Source: Candidatus Helarchaeota archaeon
GTDB lineage: Archaea > Asgardarchaeota > Lokiarchaeia > Helarchaeales > RDOG01
Reading direction: 5' to 3'
NCBI GenBank assembly: GCA_019058315.1
Contig: JAHPZH010000002.1
Coordinates: 909,910-973,909 of the forward strand
Length of the DNA: 64,000 nucleotides
The notes beneath the pieces were generated by a model that did no database searches, was not told the origin of the DNA, and saw nothing but the letters and a program-made list of their open reading frames with translations. Positions 40,919 to 51,011 of the stretch are shown here, in pieces. The translations under genes and the position numbers were made by a program. Each line of letters starts with the position of its first letter. Position 1 is the first letter of the stretch.

Positions 40919-43900
40919 TTATATGTTAAGGAAAATTTCATTAACTAAATTTTCGGTATCTTTAAAAATACCCACATTTCCAGCGAATTTCTCTAAATCA
41001 ACCTCAAATTCTTTTTCAAATTTTAATAACATCTCCTTTTGCCTCTCTATGATTAATTTGTTTGGCAATCCTGAGGTAATGAGTGCGATCACTGTATATT
41101 TTCCGTCTTGAATGCCTATTTCGAAATGTTGGTATGATAATTTTTGCATCCCTGTTTCTTTGGCTTCCGCACCTAATTCCATACCAAAACTTCGAATTGC
41201 TGTCAGAAATCCACCAATTAAATCAGAATCTAAGGCGGTTTCAGCGAAATTATAGTTATACATGTTCACTCCGCTTGATTTATTAATCAACATCAAAGCA
41301 AATAAGATCATTCTAGCATATTGTTCATTCATTTTATTTAATTGCCCTCTTAACTGGTTATTTCCTGTTTGGATATTTCTTTTTGTTTGCTCATCTGCTC
41401 CTGGAGATTCAAAATAATTTTTAGTATTACTCTCTAAAAGAATGATTATAGCGTCCATGCAAGTCAATATATCATATTGTAAATTTAGATATGTACGATT
41501 CCAAATTTCATCTTCTGTAATCTTTTCTAGATCAGCAATCCACTTATTAAATATCTCTGTAAATATTTTTGTGACTTGTAAATCAGGAAAATACGAATTT
41601 GATTTTATATGTAATTCTTTTAAAATCAGTAAAATATTATCAATTGGTGCTTTTTCTATACATAAATTATTCAATTCCGAAAGTCTTTGAGTAAATTCGA
41701 ATGCATTATAAACCTTGCTGGTTATTACATCCATGGTAGTAGAGATTTTTCTGGAATATTTAATTGCTAGATTAATAAGATTCTTAATATAGGCTAAAAA
41801 TCCGGTAGCTTGTTTTATATCTTCTAAATAAATATCAATTACAATATAGTCTTGTATTATAATAAGCTCAATAATTATGAGATCTCCACCAACCTTAGCC
41901 ACCCCTGAATATGTAATATGGAATTTTTCCTCTTCTTCTTCTACCTTTGTTACATCTAAAGATGAGATTTGCTCTTTTGCTATTCGATATGCATTAGGTT
42001 TAGTCAAACCTTCAAAATTTATTTCACTATGACTTCTCTGGAGTGTCTGCATTAAGGAAATTAAATTCGATGAACTAAGTTTTTTAGGTTGGACAAGGGG
42101 ACATTTAATTTGAACAACATTTGGGGTAATTTCCATAGAAATTAACTCACTTTTAGCTGTTTTGTAACTTACTTTTCCATGAATTCGTGATTTTCCACAA
42201 GTTAATGGGGTTAAGATGAAATCTGTTCCTATTGATTCTCCTGGTTCCAAGATATCAATAGTATTTATTGGTGTATCTATTTCATATTGCTGTTTTTTAA
42301 TTTCCAATGAAACTAAAATATCTCTTATTATTCTATCAGAGGTGTTTTCGACAACTATTTTATACCTAATAGCTCCTCCGACATAATCATAAGCTCTTCT
42401 TATTACAAGATCTTCTTTTAATATTTTAATAGGTTTTTTGGTTGGTTGAATAACCTTGATTTCTCCTTTTTGTTTCCTAGCTGCGTAAAGAACTATCGCA
42501 ACGATAACAACTGAGCCAATCATTATAATTAGAATAATGATAAAAATAATATCACTCTCAGGAAAGAAAAAAAGAGGTAATGATTTCGGAGGGTCGGATC
42601 TAGGAGGCTCATCTTCTGAAACTAACTCTATATAAGCCGAACTCTCTATATATATTATTTCCCAATCACTTCCCCACTCGCCATTTGTATCATCATCCCA
42701 TACTACATGAATATTTCCATTTTCATCTGTAATAATGCAAGGATTCTTACTATCTCCATCATTCCATCCAATAAAATCCGAAATGCAAGTGGCATTAGAC
42801 CACCCTGCAGTTGTATAATTTATATACATAATTTCCCAGTCAGTTCCCCACTCTCCAGTTGTCCAATCCTGCCAAACGACATGAATGTTATCGTCATTAT
42901 CCGCAGCGATGCTTGGATAATTGCTCTCATTGTTATTCCAACCATATATATCTGAAATACAAGATACATTCGACCAACCCATAGATGTATAATTAGCATA
43001 CATAATTTCAGTGTCCGTCCCCCATTCACCATTTGTATCATCCTGCCAAACAACATGTAAATTTCCGTCAACATCTGTGATAATTCTGGAAAAATTACTA
43101 TAAGCATCATTCCAATCCCATATTCCTCCATATCCATCTGAAATTACGGTTACATTTGACCAACCTTTCGCAGTATAATTCACATACATTATTTCTTGAT
43201 CTATTCCCCATTGACCATTTGTTTCATCCTGCCAAACTACATGAATATTACCATTATTATCAATTGCGATCGAAGGATCTGAACTCTCGCCAGTATTCCA
43301 CCCCCAAACTCCCCCATATCCATCTGAAATCACAGTTGCATTCGACCAACCCTCAGCAGCTGTATAATTCGCATACATGATCTCAATATCAGATCCCCAC
43401 TCCCCAATTGTCCAATCATCCCAAGTCACATGAATATTACCGTTATCATCAACGGCAATACTAGAGTGATAACTATTACCATCATTCCATCCGGTGTAAT
43501 CGTCCGAAATTACCGTTGCATTTGACCAACCTTCAGCTGTATAATTAGCATACATAATTTCAACATCTGTTCCCCAAGCACCTACAGTTTCATCGTGCCA
43601 AACAACGTGGACATTTCCAAATTTGTCCGTAGTGATGCTCGGTTCACAACTAGCTTTATCATTCCATCCTAAATAATCATCAGAAATGATGGTCACGTTT
43701 GACCAGCCTGTAGTCATAGTATAATTAACATACATAATTTCTGAATCAGTTCCCCAAGATCCATTCGTATTATCTTGCCAGACGACGTGAATAATGCCAT
43801 TACTATCTGCGGCAACGCTTGAACAACAGCTAGTACCACTGTTCCAACCCCAAAACTCTTTATAACCATCCGAAATTACGGTTGCACTTTTCCATGTGTT

Positions 43901-45385
43901 AGTTAAATTATTTCTTATCCGTTGTATATAAATATCGTAATCTGAATTTCTATAATCATTCCAGCTTACTATTGCTCCTCCCATTTGGTCGCTAACAATA
44001 CTTGGAGCATAAAGGGAAACTCGTTCAGTACATACTGGAATTCCATCAGCTGTGAAATTGACTTGTCCTTCTCCATTAACTTGTTGTAAAAAAATAGATG
44101 TGTTAGTATATCTCTGATCTCCCCAAGTAATAAAAGCTCCCCCATTTTGGTCTGAACAGATTCGAGGGTAAAATTGAGTTGAACTCTCATTACAAATCAA
44201 AATCCCATTTGTAGTCCAATTTATTGTCCCAGTGGAATTTATACGTTGTGCATAGATATCAAAATCACCAAATCTATTATCATACCAACAAATAATAGCC
44301 CCTTCATAACTATCATCACAAATTCTAGGAGAATATTGGCTATTTCCATAACTACATATAAGAGTTCCATTATTATTCCATTTTATATAACCCGTTGAAT
44401 TAATTTTTTGTGTATAAATATCCTTAATCGAATCTCTAAAATCAAGCCAACTGAATATTGCACCTCCATTTTTATCGCTGCATATGTCAACACTGTATTG
44501 ATCTTCAAATTCTGTACAAATTTCCACTCCATTATCTTTCCATAACATAAATCCACTAGAATTAATCCTCTGGGCATATAAATCTTTGCCAGCTACAAGC
44601 CCATTTCTATTATCTTCCCAGACAATAATTGCTCCCCCATCCCCATCTTCGACTATTTTAGGAAGAGCATGATAACTAATATTACATATCGCAGTGCCAT
44701 TGTCAAGCCATTGAGTATATCCGCTGGAATTAATTCTTTGCGCATAAATGCCAGGGGGTCCATCTCTCTCATCTGCCCAAGTTATGATGGCACCTCCCTC
44801 TCCATCGCTACAAATAGAAGGTATCTGCTGGTGTAAAGCTAGGTTACAAATAGGAGTCCCATTTGGTATCCATTGAATATTACCCCTTGAATCAATCTTT
44901 TGTGCATAAATATCGTCACTTCCTGTCCTATTATCTTGCCATGTAATAATTGCACCTCTATTGCCATCACTGACGATTTTAGGGAGGCTCTGATATGCAT
45001 CTGAAGTACATATTGGTTTTCCATCAAGTGTCCATAAAAGAACTCCTCCCGCACTTATTCTCTGAGCATAAATATTGGAATCTGAGGCACTAACTCTATC
45101 ATCCCGCCAAGTAACTATTGCTCCTCCTACTCCATCTGGACATAGAGCGGAATCCATTTGATTATTAATTTCAGTGCAAATAGGCGTTCCGTTATTATAC
45201 CACTTTATTTTATATATTGTTGAAAGAAATTCCAATTTTTTATCATTTGGAATAGAAATACCGTTTTTACCAGGATTATAAATTGGTAAGGGTGAATTTA
45301 CTGATGAAATAAATAAAAAGAACGGGATAAATACCAAAATTATTAAAATAAAAAAATACCACTTTGGGAGATCTTTTTTTTTCAT
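40919..45385 (-). CDS. Large single-pass receptor-like protein: two extracellular beta-propeller repeat regions, TM, Ig/appendage-like domain, C-terminal longin-like domain
   Basis: About 8 'DGxGGAIITWxDxR..DIYAQRI' repeats, about 7 'GNIHVVWQD.T.GEWG.D.EIMY' repeats, TM near aa 945-970, 'LDSDLIGGFLTAIRSFG' longin-type motif. Confidence 0.8.
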   Translation of the reverse strand: MKKKDLPKWYFFILIILVFIPFFLFISSVNSPLPIYNPGKNGISIPNDKKLEFLSTIYKIKWYNNGTPICTEINNQMDSALCPDGVGGAIVTWRDDRVSASDSNIYAQRISAGGVLLWTLDGKPICTSDAYQSLPKIVSDGNRGAIITWQDNRTGSDDIYAQKIDSRGNIQWIPNGTPICNLALHQQIPSICSDGEGGAIITWADERDGPPGIYAQRINSSGYTQWLDNGTAICNISYHALPKIVEDGDGGAIIVWEDNRNGLVAGKDLYAQRINSSGFMLWKDNGVEICTEFEDQYSVDICSDKNGGAIFSWLDFRDSIKDIYTQKINSTGYIKWNNNGTLICSYGNSQYSPRICDDSYEGAIICWYDNRFGDFDIYAQRINSTGTINWTTNGILICNESSTQFYPRICSDQNGGAFITWGDQRYTNTSIFLQQVNGEGQVNFTADGIPVCTERVSLYAPSIVSDQMGGAIVSWNDYRNSDYDIYIQRIRNNLTNTWKSATVISDGYKEFWGWNSGTSCCSSVAADSNGIIHVVWQDNTNGSWGTDSEIMYVNYTMTTGWSNVTIISDDYLGWNDKASCEPSITTDKFGNVHVVWHDETVGAWGTDVEIMYANYTAEGWSNATVISDDYTGWNDGNSYHSSIAVDDNGNIHVTWDDWTIGEWGSDIEIMYANYTAAEGWSNATVISDGYGGVWGWNTGESSDPSIAIDNNGNIHVVWQDETNGQWGIDQEIMYVNYTAKGWSNVTVISDGYGGIWDWNDAYSNFSRIITDVDGNLHVVWQDDTNGEWGTDTEIMYANYTSMGWSNVSCISDIYGWNNNESNYPSIAADNDDNIHVVWQDWTTGEWGTDWEIMYINYTTAGWSNATCISDFIGWNDGDSKNPCIITDENGNIHVVWDDDTNGEWGSDWEIIYIESSAYIELVSEDEPPRSDPPKSLPLFFFPESDIIFIIILIIMIGSVVIVAIVLYAARKQKGEIKVIQPTKKPIKILKEDLVIRRAYDYVGGAIRYKIVVENTSDRIIRDILVSLEIKKQQYEIDTPINTIDILEPGESIGTDFILTPLTCGKSRIHGKVSYKTAKSELISMEITPNVVQIKCPLVQPKKLSSSNLISLMQTLQRSHSEINFEGLTKPNAYRIAKEQISSLDVTKVEEEEEKFHITYSGVAKVGGDLIIIELIIIQDYIVIDIYLEDIKQATGFLAYIKNLINLAIKYSRKISTTMDVITSKVYNAFEFTQRLSELNNLCIEKAPIDNILLILKELHIKSNSYFPDLQVTKIFTEIFNKWIADLEKITEDEIWNRTYLNLQYDILTCMDAIIILLESNTKNYFESPGADEQTKRNIQTGNNQLRGQLNKMNEQYARMILFALMLINKSSGVNMYNYNFAETALDSDLIGGFLTAIRSFGMELGAEAKETGMQKLSYQHFEIGIQDGKYTVIALITSGLPNKLIIERQKEMLLKFEKEFEVDLEKFAGNVGIFKDTENLVNEIFLNI

Positions 45386-45647
45386 TATAATTCACTAAAA
45401 TTTTTAAATTTTTATGTTAAAATTACTAATTACTACGAATTAATGTCATTTGAAATGAATATATTTTTTAAAAATCACATACAATAAGAATATATATTTG
45501 ATTTTAGAGGTAAGTCAATTTTTTCTAAACTCTTTTCTATTTGTCAAAGTCTCCTTTTTTTTCTATTTCTTCCATAATTATTACCTCAAATTATGGAATA
45601 TTGACTTCTTTAAAACTAATCTTTTCCTTTTTTACCTAAAGAATTGC

Positions 45648-46138
45648 AGAATGCCCCTGCCTTCAGCGGGGGATGCAAGCAACAACGAAGTCAAAATTAT
45701 TTTAGTTATCAATTAGTCTTTAGTGGTTTAAATAGATTGAACAAGCTAGAGTAGGTGATGAAGAAATATAGGGCAATCAAGGTAAGGTTGTATCCCAATA
45801 GAGAAGAGAGAGCATTATTAGATCAGACCTTTGGCTGTTGTCGATTCATCTATAATAAGATGTTGGAGGAGAGGATTAGGGTGTATAAGGAGTTAAAGGA
45901 GGATAAGGATACTCTTTATGCCCATAAATATAAAACAGAGAGGGAGTATAAAGGACAGTTTCCGTTTTTAAAGGATGTTGATGCAAAAGCATTGCAATCT
46001 GAGTGGAGACATCTAAAATCAGCCTATGACAATTTCTTCAGGAATTTTAAGAAGGGTATAAAGAAGGGGTTTCCGAGATTTAAGTCTAAGAAGTCTAAGC
46101 AGTCCTATACAACATTTAATAGTAATAACAACTTGTAA
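45648..46138 (+). mobile_element. Truncated IS200/IS605-family element: left-end hairpin plus 5' third of tnpB
   Basis: Hairpin CCCCTGC-CTTCA-GCGGGGG at 45654-45672 upstream of a tnpB N-terminus. Confidence 0.8.
45755..46138 (+). pseudogene. tnpB: tnpB N-terminal fragment (no RuvC or Zn ribbon)
   Basis: KVRLYPN, TFGCCRFIYN, FLKDVD..ALQ, AYDNFF, GFPRFKSKK, then stop. Confidence 0.9.
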
Positions 46139-46139
46139 A

Positions 46140-46379
46140 ATGGACATCAATGATAATAGCATCGATATAATCATATGTTTCGATGTGTTTCATGCCTTCG
46201 GAGCGAAAGAAGAAAGTATCTTAAAAGAATTTAGCCGAGTATTAAACAAAAATGGGTTTTTGTTAATAAATGACCATCATTACAAAGAGGATGAACTAGT
46301 ATCTAAAGTTTTGAGCCATAAAATCTTTGCTTTGAAAAGGAAAAAAGAAGACTTTTATTTTTTTTTAACTAATGACTAA
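46140..46379 (+). pseudogene. C-terminal fragment of a class I SAM methyltransferase
   Basis: DNSIDIIICFDVFH...EFSRVLNKNG; N-terminal GxG motif absent. Confidence 0.75.
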
Positions 46380-46457
46380 TATGGACAATACATCGTTGCT
46401 GGAAAGCGAAAAGAAATATTGTAATTCTGAATTATTGTGTGTCTATAGAATTAATTC

Positions 46458-46488
46458 TATACCCAATTTCAGACTTAACTGCGATTAG
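46458..46488 (+). repeat. 31-bp dispersed repeat copy 3
   Basis: TATACCCAATTTCAGACTTAACTGCGATTAG, 1 difference. Confidence 0.95.
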
Positions 46489-46603
46489 ATTAATTTAAAA
46501 GACCTATCTTAAAAATATTAACTTATTATAAAAAATATTTTACTTGAAGTTGATATAAAGATAAGAGATAACAAAGAATTTTAGAATTTATGAAGGTGAT
46601 GTT

Positions 46604-47707
46604 ATGATCCCTCTTTTCCCGATAAACTCGATATTTATGGTTTTGGGGCTCATCTCAGTCTTTTCATCAGCAATTGCTGCAATTTTAACCTTGCATCAAT
46701 TTATGTTGACTAAAAATCGTTTAAATCTTTATACCTCATTAGGATGGATATTTTGGCTATTTTTTCTTTTAACCTTTACATTATCTGGTTATTTTTCAAT
46801 TTTCAACCAAGATATTGCGATTATTTTAATGCAAATAAGTATGACTATATCTGTTGCTATAACATTTAGTATGACATTAGCCTTTGATACCATGTCCCGG
46901 GAATCTGCAGATCCCATTAAATTAATCATAATTTCTTTTGTTTCCGCAGCACTTATCATATTTAGTATGACTCCGGGTTCATTGCATTATGAATTTTCTT
47001 CTGGGGTAATATTTTTTTATTGTAATGAGGTATTTATTTTATCATTTTTTATTTTAATGGGGTTTTTATCTTATATACACATTTTTTATAATGCAAAAAT
47101 TCTTTGGGTTGCTCCTAATAACTTAAAATTTCCAGCATTCATGGAGCTCCTAGGTGTGATATTCCTTGCACCAGGGGCATTAATAACACTAGTACTTGGC
47201 ACTAATTTAATTATTTCTGGGATTTCTTTTTTATTTATAGGGTTAGGTACTCTCCCGGTTGCGATAGTATTTGCTAAGTATTCGAAACTGTCCTACATAC
47301 TTCCTTTCAAGGCTTTACGTTTAACGATCATCGAGACTAATAGTGGAATTGCAATCTTCAATCATGTGTGGAATAAATTGGATGATTTGGTGGATGAGCA
47401 GCTTTTTTCAGGCATGTTGCAGGCTATATCTCAAATTTTAAATGAATCTCTTAAAAGGGGAAACGTACAAGAGATAAGGATGGATCGAGCCGTCTTATTC
47501 GTGAAAAGGCTCCCTTCCAATCCCATAGCATGTATTCTGGCTTCCACAAAATCGTCGAGTTCTCTTCAACATGCTTTGGATTCTTTTTCCGATCACTTCA
47601 GCAAAGATTTTGCTCTTTTTTTTGATAATCCACACATGATAGATAACTTCGATAGTGCCAAAAAACTTGTGGAGATCTATTTTCCATTCATCCCTGAGTA
47701 TGATTGA
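46604..47707 (+). CDS. 7-TM membrane protein with C-terminal longin-like domain
   Basis: About 7 TMs, then 'SGIAIFNHVW...DEQLFSGMLQAISQIL...GNVQEI'. Confidence 0.75.
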   Translation: MIPLFPINSIFMVLGLISVFSSAIAAILTLHQFMLTKNRLNLYTSLGWIFWLFFLLTFTLSGYFSIFNQDIAIILMQISMTISVAITFSMTLAFDTMSRESADPIKLIIISFVSAALIIFSMTPGSLHYEFSSGVIFFYCNEVFILSFFILMGFLSYIHIFYNAKILWVAPNNLKFPAFMELLGVIFLAPGALITLVLGTNLIISGISFLFIGLGTLPVAIVFAKYSKLSYILPFKALRLTIIETNSGIAIFNHVWNKLDDLVDEQLFSGMLQAISQILNESLKRGNVQEIRMDRAVLFVKRLPSNPIACILASTKSSSSLQHALDSFSDHFSKDFALFFDNPHMIDNFDSAKKLVEIYFPFIPEYD

Positions 47708-47719
47708 GATTTGTATTAT

Positions 47720-47750
47720 TATATCTAATTTCAGACTTAACTGCGATTAT
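47720..47750 (+). repeat. 31-bp dispersed repeat copy 4
   Basis: TATATCTAATTTCAGACTTAACTGCGATTAT, 2 differences. Confidence 0.95.
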
Positions 47751-48115
47751 AAGACTATGAATATTAAAAAAAGGGATAATTATAAGATTATTTTCGTTTT
47801 TTAATCAAAAATATTGTTTTTATAACTGCTACTATGAATGTCTAAAAAATTTCTATTCTAATAAAAAAAAAGATAAAATTTTGAAGGGTATTATCGCTTT
47901 TTAAGATAAATAAAAATTCCGACTGCTACTCTAATTCCTATTTTAGTTTTCTCAACGATATGATTGGGGCTAATTACATATCTTTATAAATAGGAGTAAT
48001 ACTCATTTTTTATAAGTGATTACAATTGTTTCGTATTACTAGAAGAAACGTCTTAACTGTAGTCATGATATTGATTCATAAGGAGATAAGCTGAAATACG
48101 TAGAGGTGATAATTA

Positions 48116-48790
48116 ATGAGCAAAATATTAGATTTTTGGATGAAAATTTGGTTATACATAATGGCTGCTGGTGGCATATTATTAATCGTACTGGTGGTTG
48201 TATTTTGGAATCAGTTTGATTTGGCAACCCTTTTGGTGTATTTTACTTGGATAGGTCTAGTGCTCCACGTGATGGAGGAATGGCGTTTTCCTGGGGGCTT
48301 CCATTATATCTATAATCTCATGAAAAAATCAGAAAACACAGATCGTTATCCCATGAACAGGGTATCTGACATGTTAACTAATTTCGGGGCTTTAATATTT
48401 GGCTTTGGGAGCATCATCATCGGTGTAAACCCCATAATAGCAATTTCTTTGTTCCTTTTTTGTGGCGTCGAAGTTCTAGCTCATACTGGCATCGGAATTT
48501 ATTCGAACAAATTACTCAATACCCAAGGAAAGAAAATTATCTACAATCCAGGGTTTCTAACAAGCTATCTAGTATTTTTACCTGTCTCAATTGGGTTCAT
48601 TTACATTTTTGCAACAGGAATATTACAAACAGTTTTTACTGATTGGTTGTTGGGTCTGGTTTTGATTGGCGGTATAGGATTTCTTTTAATTTTCCTCCCA
48701 GAAAGGATGTTACGAAACAAAAACTCGCCTTATCCCTTCACCGGGAAATATGAATTTGGATATTATAAGAAATTTATTGAGTTTAAATGA
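48116..48790 (+). CDS. HXXEE-domain membrane protein
   Basis: LHVMEEW..PGGF, YNPG. Confidence 0.85.
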   Translation: MSKILDFWMKIWLYIMAAGGILLIVLVVVFWNQFDLATLLVYFTWIGLVLHVMEEWRFPGGFHYIYNLMKKSENTDRYPMNRVSDMLTNFGALIFGFGSIIIGVNPIIAISLFLFCGVEVLAHTGIGIYSNKLLNTQGKKIIYNPGFLTSYLVFLPVSIGFIYIFATGILQTVFTDWLLGLVLIGGIGFLLIFLPERMLRNKNSPYPFTGKYEFGYYKKFIEFK

Positions 48791-48889
48791 ATATGGATTA
48801 TTATCAATTTCGATTTTTTTAACTCAATTACCAATATATCAATATTTTAAATTTAATGCTGTATATACTACTTCATCCCCAAAAAAAAG

Positions 48890-49633
48890 ATGAAAAACAT
48901 GAATTCAGATGAATCATTTATTTATTTAATATCGCATACTCAATCTATAATTTTGATAGCTTTAGTTGTATGCTTACTTTTTATAAGCATTAAAACTAAA
49001 TTGACTCATGTGGACAAATTTAGACAAAATTTTGTAGCTGGAATTTTTATTTATTTTGCCTCTGCAATGACTGTAATAATACTGTCAATTTGGCTTCTAT
49101 ATATTCTTCCTGAACCAATTTATAACTTGTTGGATATTTCTACAATAATAGGTGTAATTATAGCATATTTTTTAATCATTCGCGGACTTTTTATATTAAA
49201 TAGCTATCTTTCTTCATTAATCGATTATAATGAGCAGAATTATAAGAGAATTTCTATAATTATTGCTTTTCTTGCATCAGGAACTATCTTTATTACAAAT
49301 TTAATTATTTTAAAATTTGATCCTGCAAATATGGGGCTCATAATTCCTTTTTTCGGTCTGGGTATAGGGCAATTTTTTATATTCATCTATTGCTTCTTTT
49401 TACACAGAGAAATAAAAGTTCTTAAGATTAATATGATGGCTTACTTCGGGACAGGTTTTATGTTCCTTACTGTTCACCTTTCCCTCTCAACTTTATATAA
49501 TCTCGGAATAATTCCATATATAATTTGGTTTAGTATAATACTTGGTTTATGTAACAATTTAATGATTATCTTCTTAATTCTTGGTTACTTGAATTTTAAA
49601 AACCGAATAGACAAGATTAGCAGTGCTAATTGA
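48890..49633 (+). CDS. 7-TM membrane protein
   Basis: About 7 hydrophobic helices. Confidence 0.7.
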   Translation: MKNMNSDESFIYLISHTQSIILIALVVCLLFISIKTKLTHVDKFRQNFVAGIFIYFASAMTVIILSIWLLYILPEPIYNLLDISTIIGVIIAYFLIIRGLFILNSYLSSLIDYNEQNYKRISIIIAFLASGTIFITNLIILKFDPANMGLIIPFFGLGIGQFFIFIYCFFLHREIKVLKINMMAYFGTGFMFLTVHLSLSTLYNLGIIPYIIWFSIILGLCNNLMIIFLILGYLNFKNRIDKISSAN

Positions 49634-49962
49634 AATTGATAGAGTGAGAACTTTCTAGATTTATTATTTTCTCCAATTGGGATAGTAATGATTGTAGGAA
49701 TTGTGGAAGCAATCATAGTAATTATGTTATTAATTAAGAACAATAGAAACCTAAATGAACGTTTACAAAAAGTCGAAAGACAAATTTCTGCTAAGAAAAC
49801 ATTTTGATTTTCTCTCACATGAAAAGCGAAATGATCCAACTAGATAACTTCTGTACGGAATATCTCATGGTAATTTGACATAAAAAATATAAATTTATTA
49901 AAATCACTGAAAAACAATAAAACCCTAAGTTCTAATATAAAAATTTTAATAATATAGCAAAA

Positions 49963-50931
49963 TTAGTCCATATTTTGTTCCATTTTCTGTTTAATTTCTT
50001 CTAGGGTTGTAATAGCGTCTTTAAATTGAGGGTCAATAGCGAGAGCCATATTAAGAAATTTAATAGCTTCTTGAAATTTTTTAAGACTTGAAAATACGAG
50101 TCCCAGAGCATACCACGCATTTTTATTTTTTGGATTTATTTCAACTGCTTTCTTATAACATTCTAATTCTTTTTGATAATTTCCTAAACAGGCATATCCA
50201 ACTCCTAAAAAATACCAAGACTCACTATCTTGAGGGAGAATATTGACTTTTTCTTTAAAACATTCCAAGGCTTTTTGATAATTACCTAGCTTTCCGTAAG
50301 CGAGTCCCATATTATGCCAAGCATCATTATCTTTAGGTGTAATTGCCACAGCTTTTTCGTAATTTTCAACTGCTTTTTGATAATTAGCAAGTTGAAAATA
50401 AGTAAATCCCAGATTATAAAATGCATCACTATATTCAGGATTAATTTCTACTGCTTTCTCATAGTATTCTATAGCTTTTTGATATTTTTCTAAATTTCCG
50501 TACTCCTTACCCATGTCGTACCAAGCTTTACTATTTTGAGGATTAATTCCTACTGCTTTTTCATAACATTCTATAGCTTTTTGATAATTTCCTAATTTAC
50601 CATATGCTAATCCCATGAAATGCCAAGCCCCATCGTCTTGAGGGTCTATTTTTACCACTTTTTCATAACAATTAATTGCTTTATGATGATTTCCCATATC
50701 ATAAAATGTGACACCCATATTGAACCATGCATCAATATATTGAGGATCAACACCAATAGCTTTTTCGTAATGTTCAATAGCCTTTAAATAATTTCCTAAA
50801 TTATAATATGCAAGCCCCATGATATACCATACAACACGATCTTGCTGGTCTATTTTGATTACTTTCTGGTAATATTCAATTCCTTTCAAAAATTCTCCGT
50901 TCTTAATTGATGTACGCCCCTTGTTTTTCAA
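49963..50931 (-). CDS. TPR-repeat protein
   Basis: About 9 tandem 34-aa TPRs (AWxxMG...KAIExYEKAV.I.P). Confidence 0.93.
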   Translation of the reverse strand: MKNKGRTSIKNGEFLKGIEYYQKVIKIDQQDRVVWYIMGLAYYNLGNYLKAIEHYEKAIGVDPQYIDAWFNMGVTFYDMGNHHKAINCYEKVVKIDPQDDGAWHFMGLAYGKLGNYQKAIECYEKAVGINPQNSKAWYDMGKEYGNLEKYQKAIEYYEKAVEINPEYSDAFYNLGFTYFQLANYQKAVENYEKAVAITPKDNDAWHNMGLAYGKLGNYQKALECFKEKVNILPQDSESWYFLGVGYACLGNYQKELECYKKAVEINPKNKNAWYALGLVFSSLKKFQEAIKFLNMALAIDPQFKDAITTLEEIKQKMEQNMD

Positions 50932-51011
50932 TTCTAATAAAAGATCTACAGTGTTTTCTTTCGACGTTTTGATTACCTATTTTTCTTTAGAAACTAAAAA
51001 TAAATAATGAT

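Noticed and set aside
48801-48830. Possible very decayed copy of the 31-bp repeat (TATCAATTTCGATTTTTTTAACTCAATTA); also CTTAACTGTAGTCAT near 48052
   Set aside because: Needs several indels or mismatches in very AT-rich DNA; cannot be told from background by eye.
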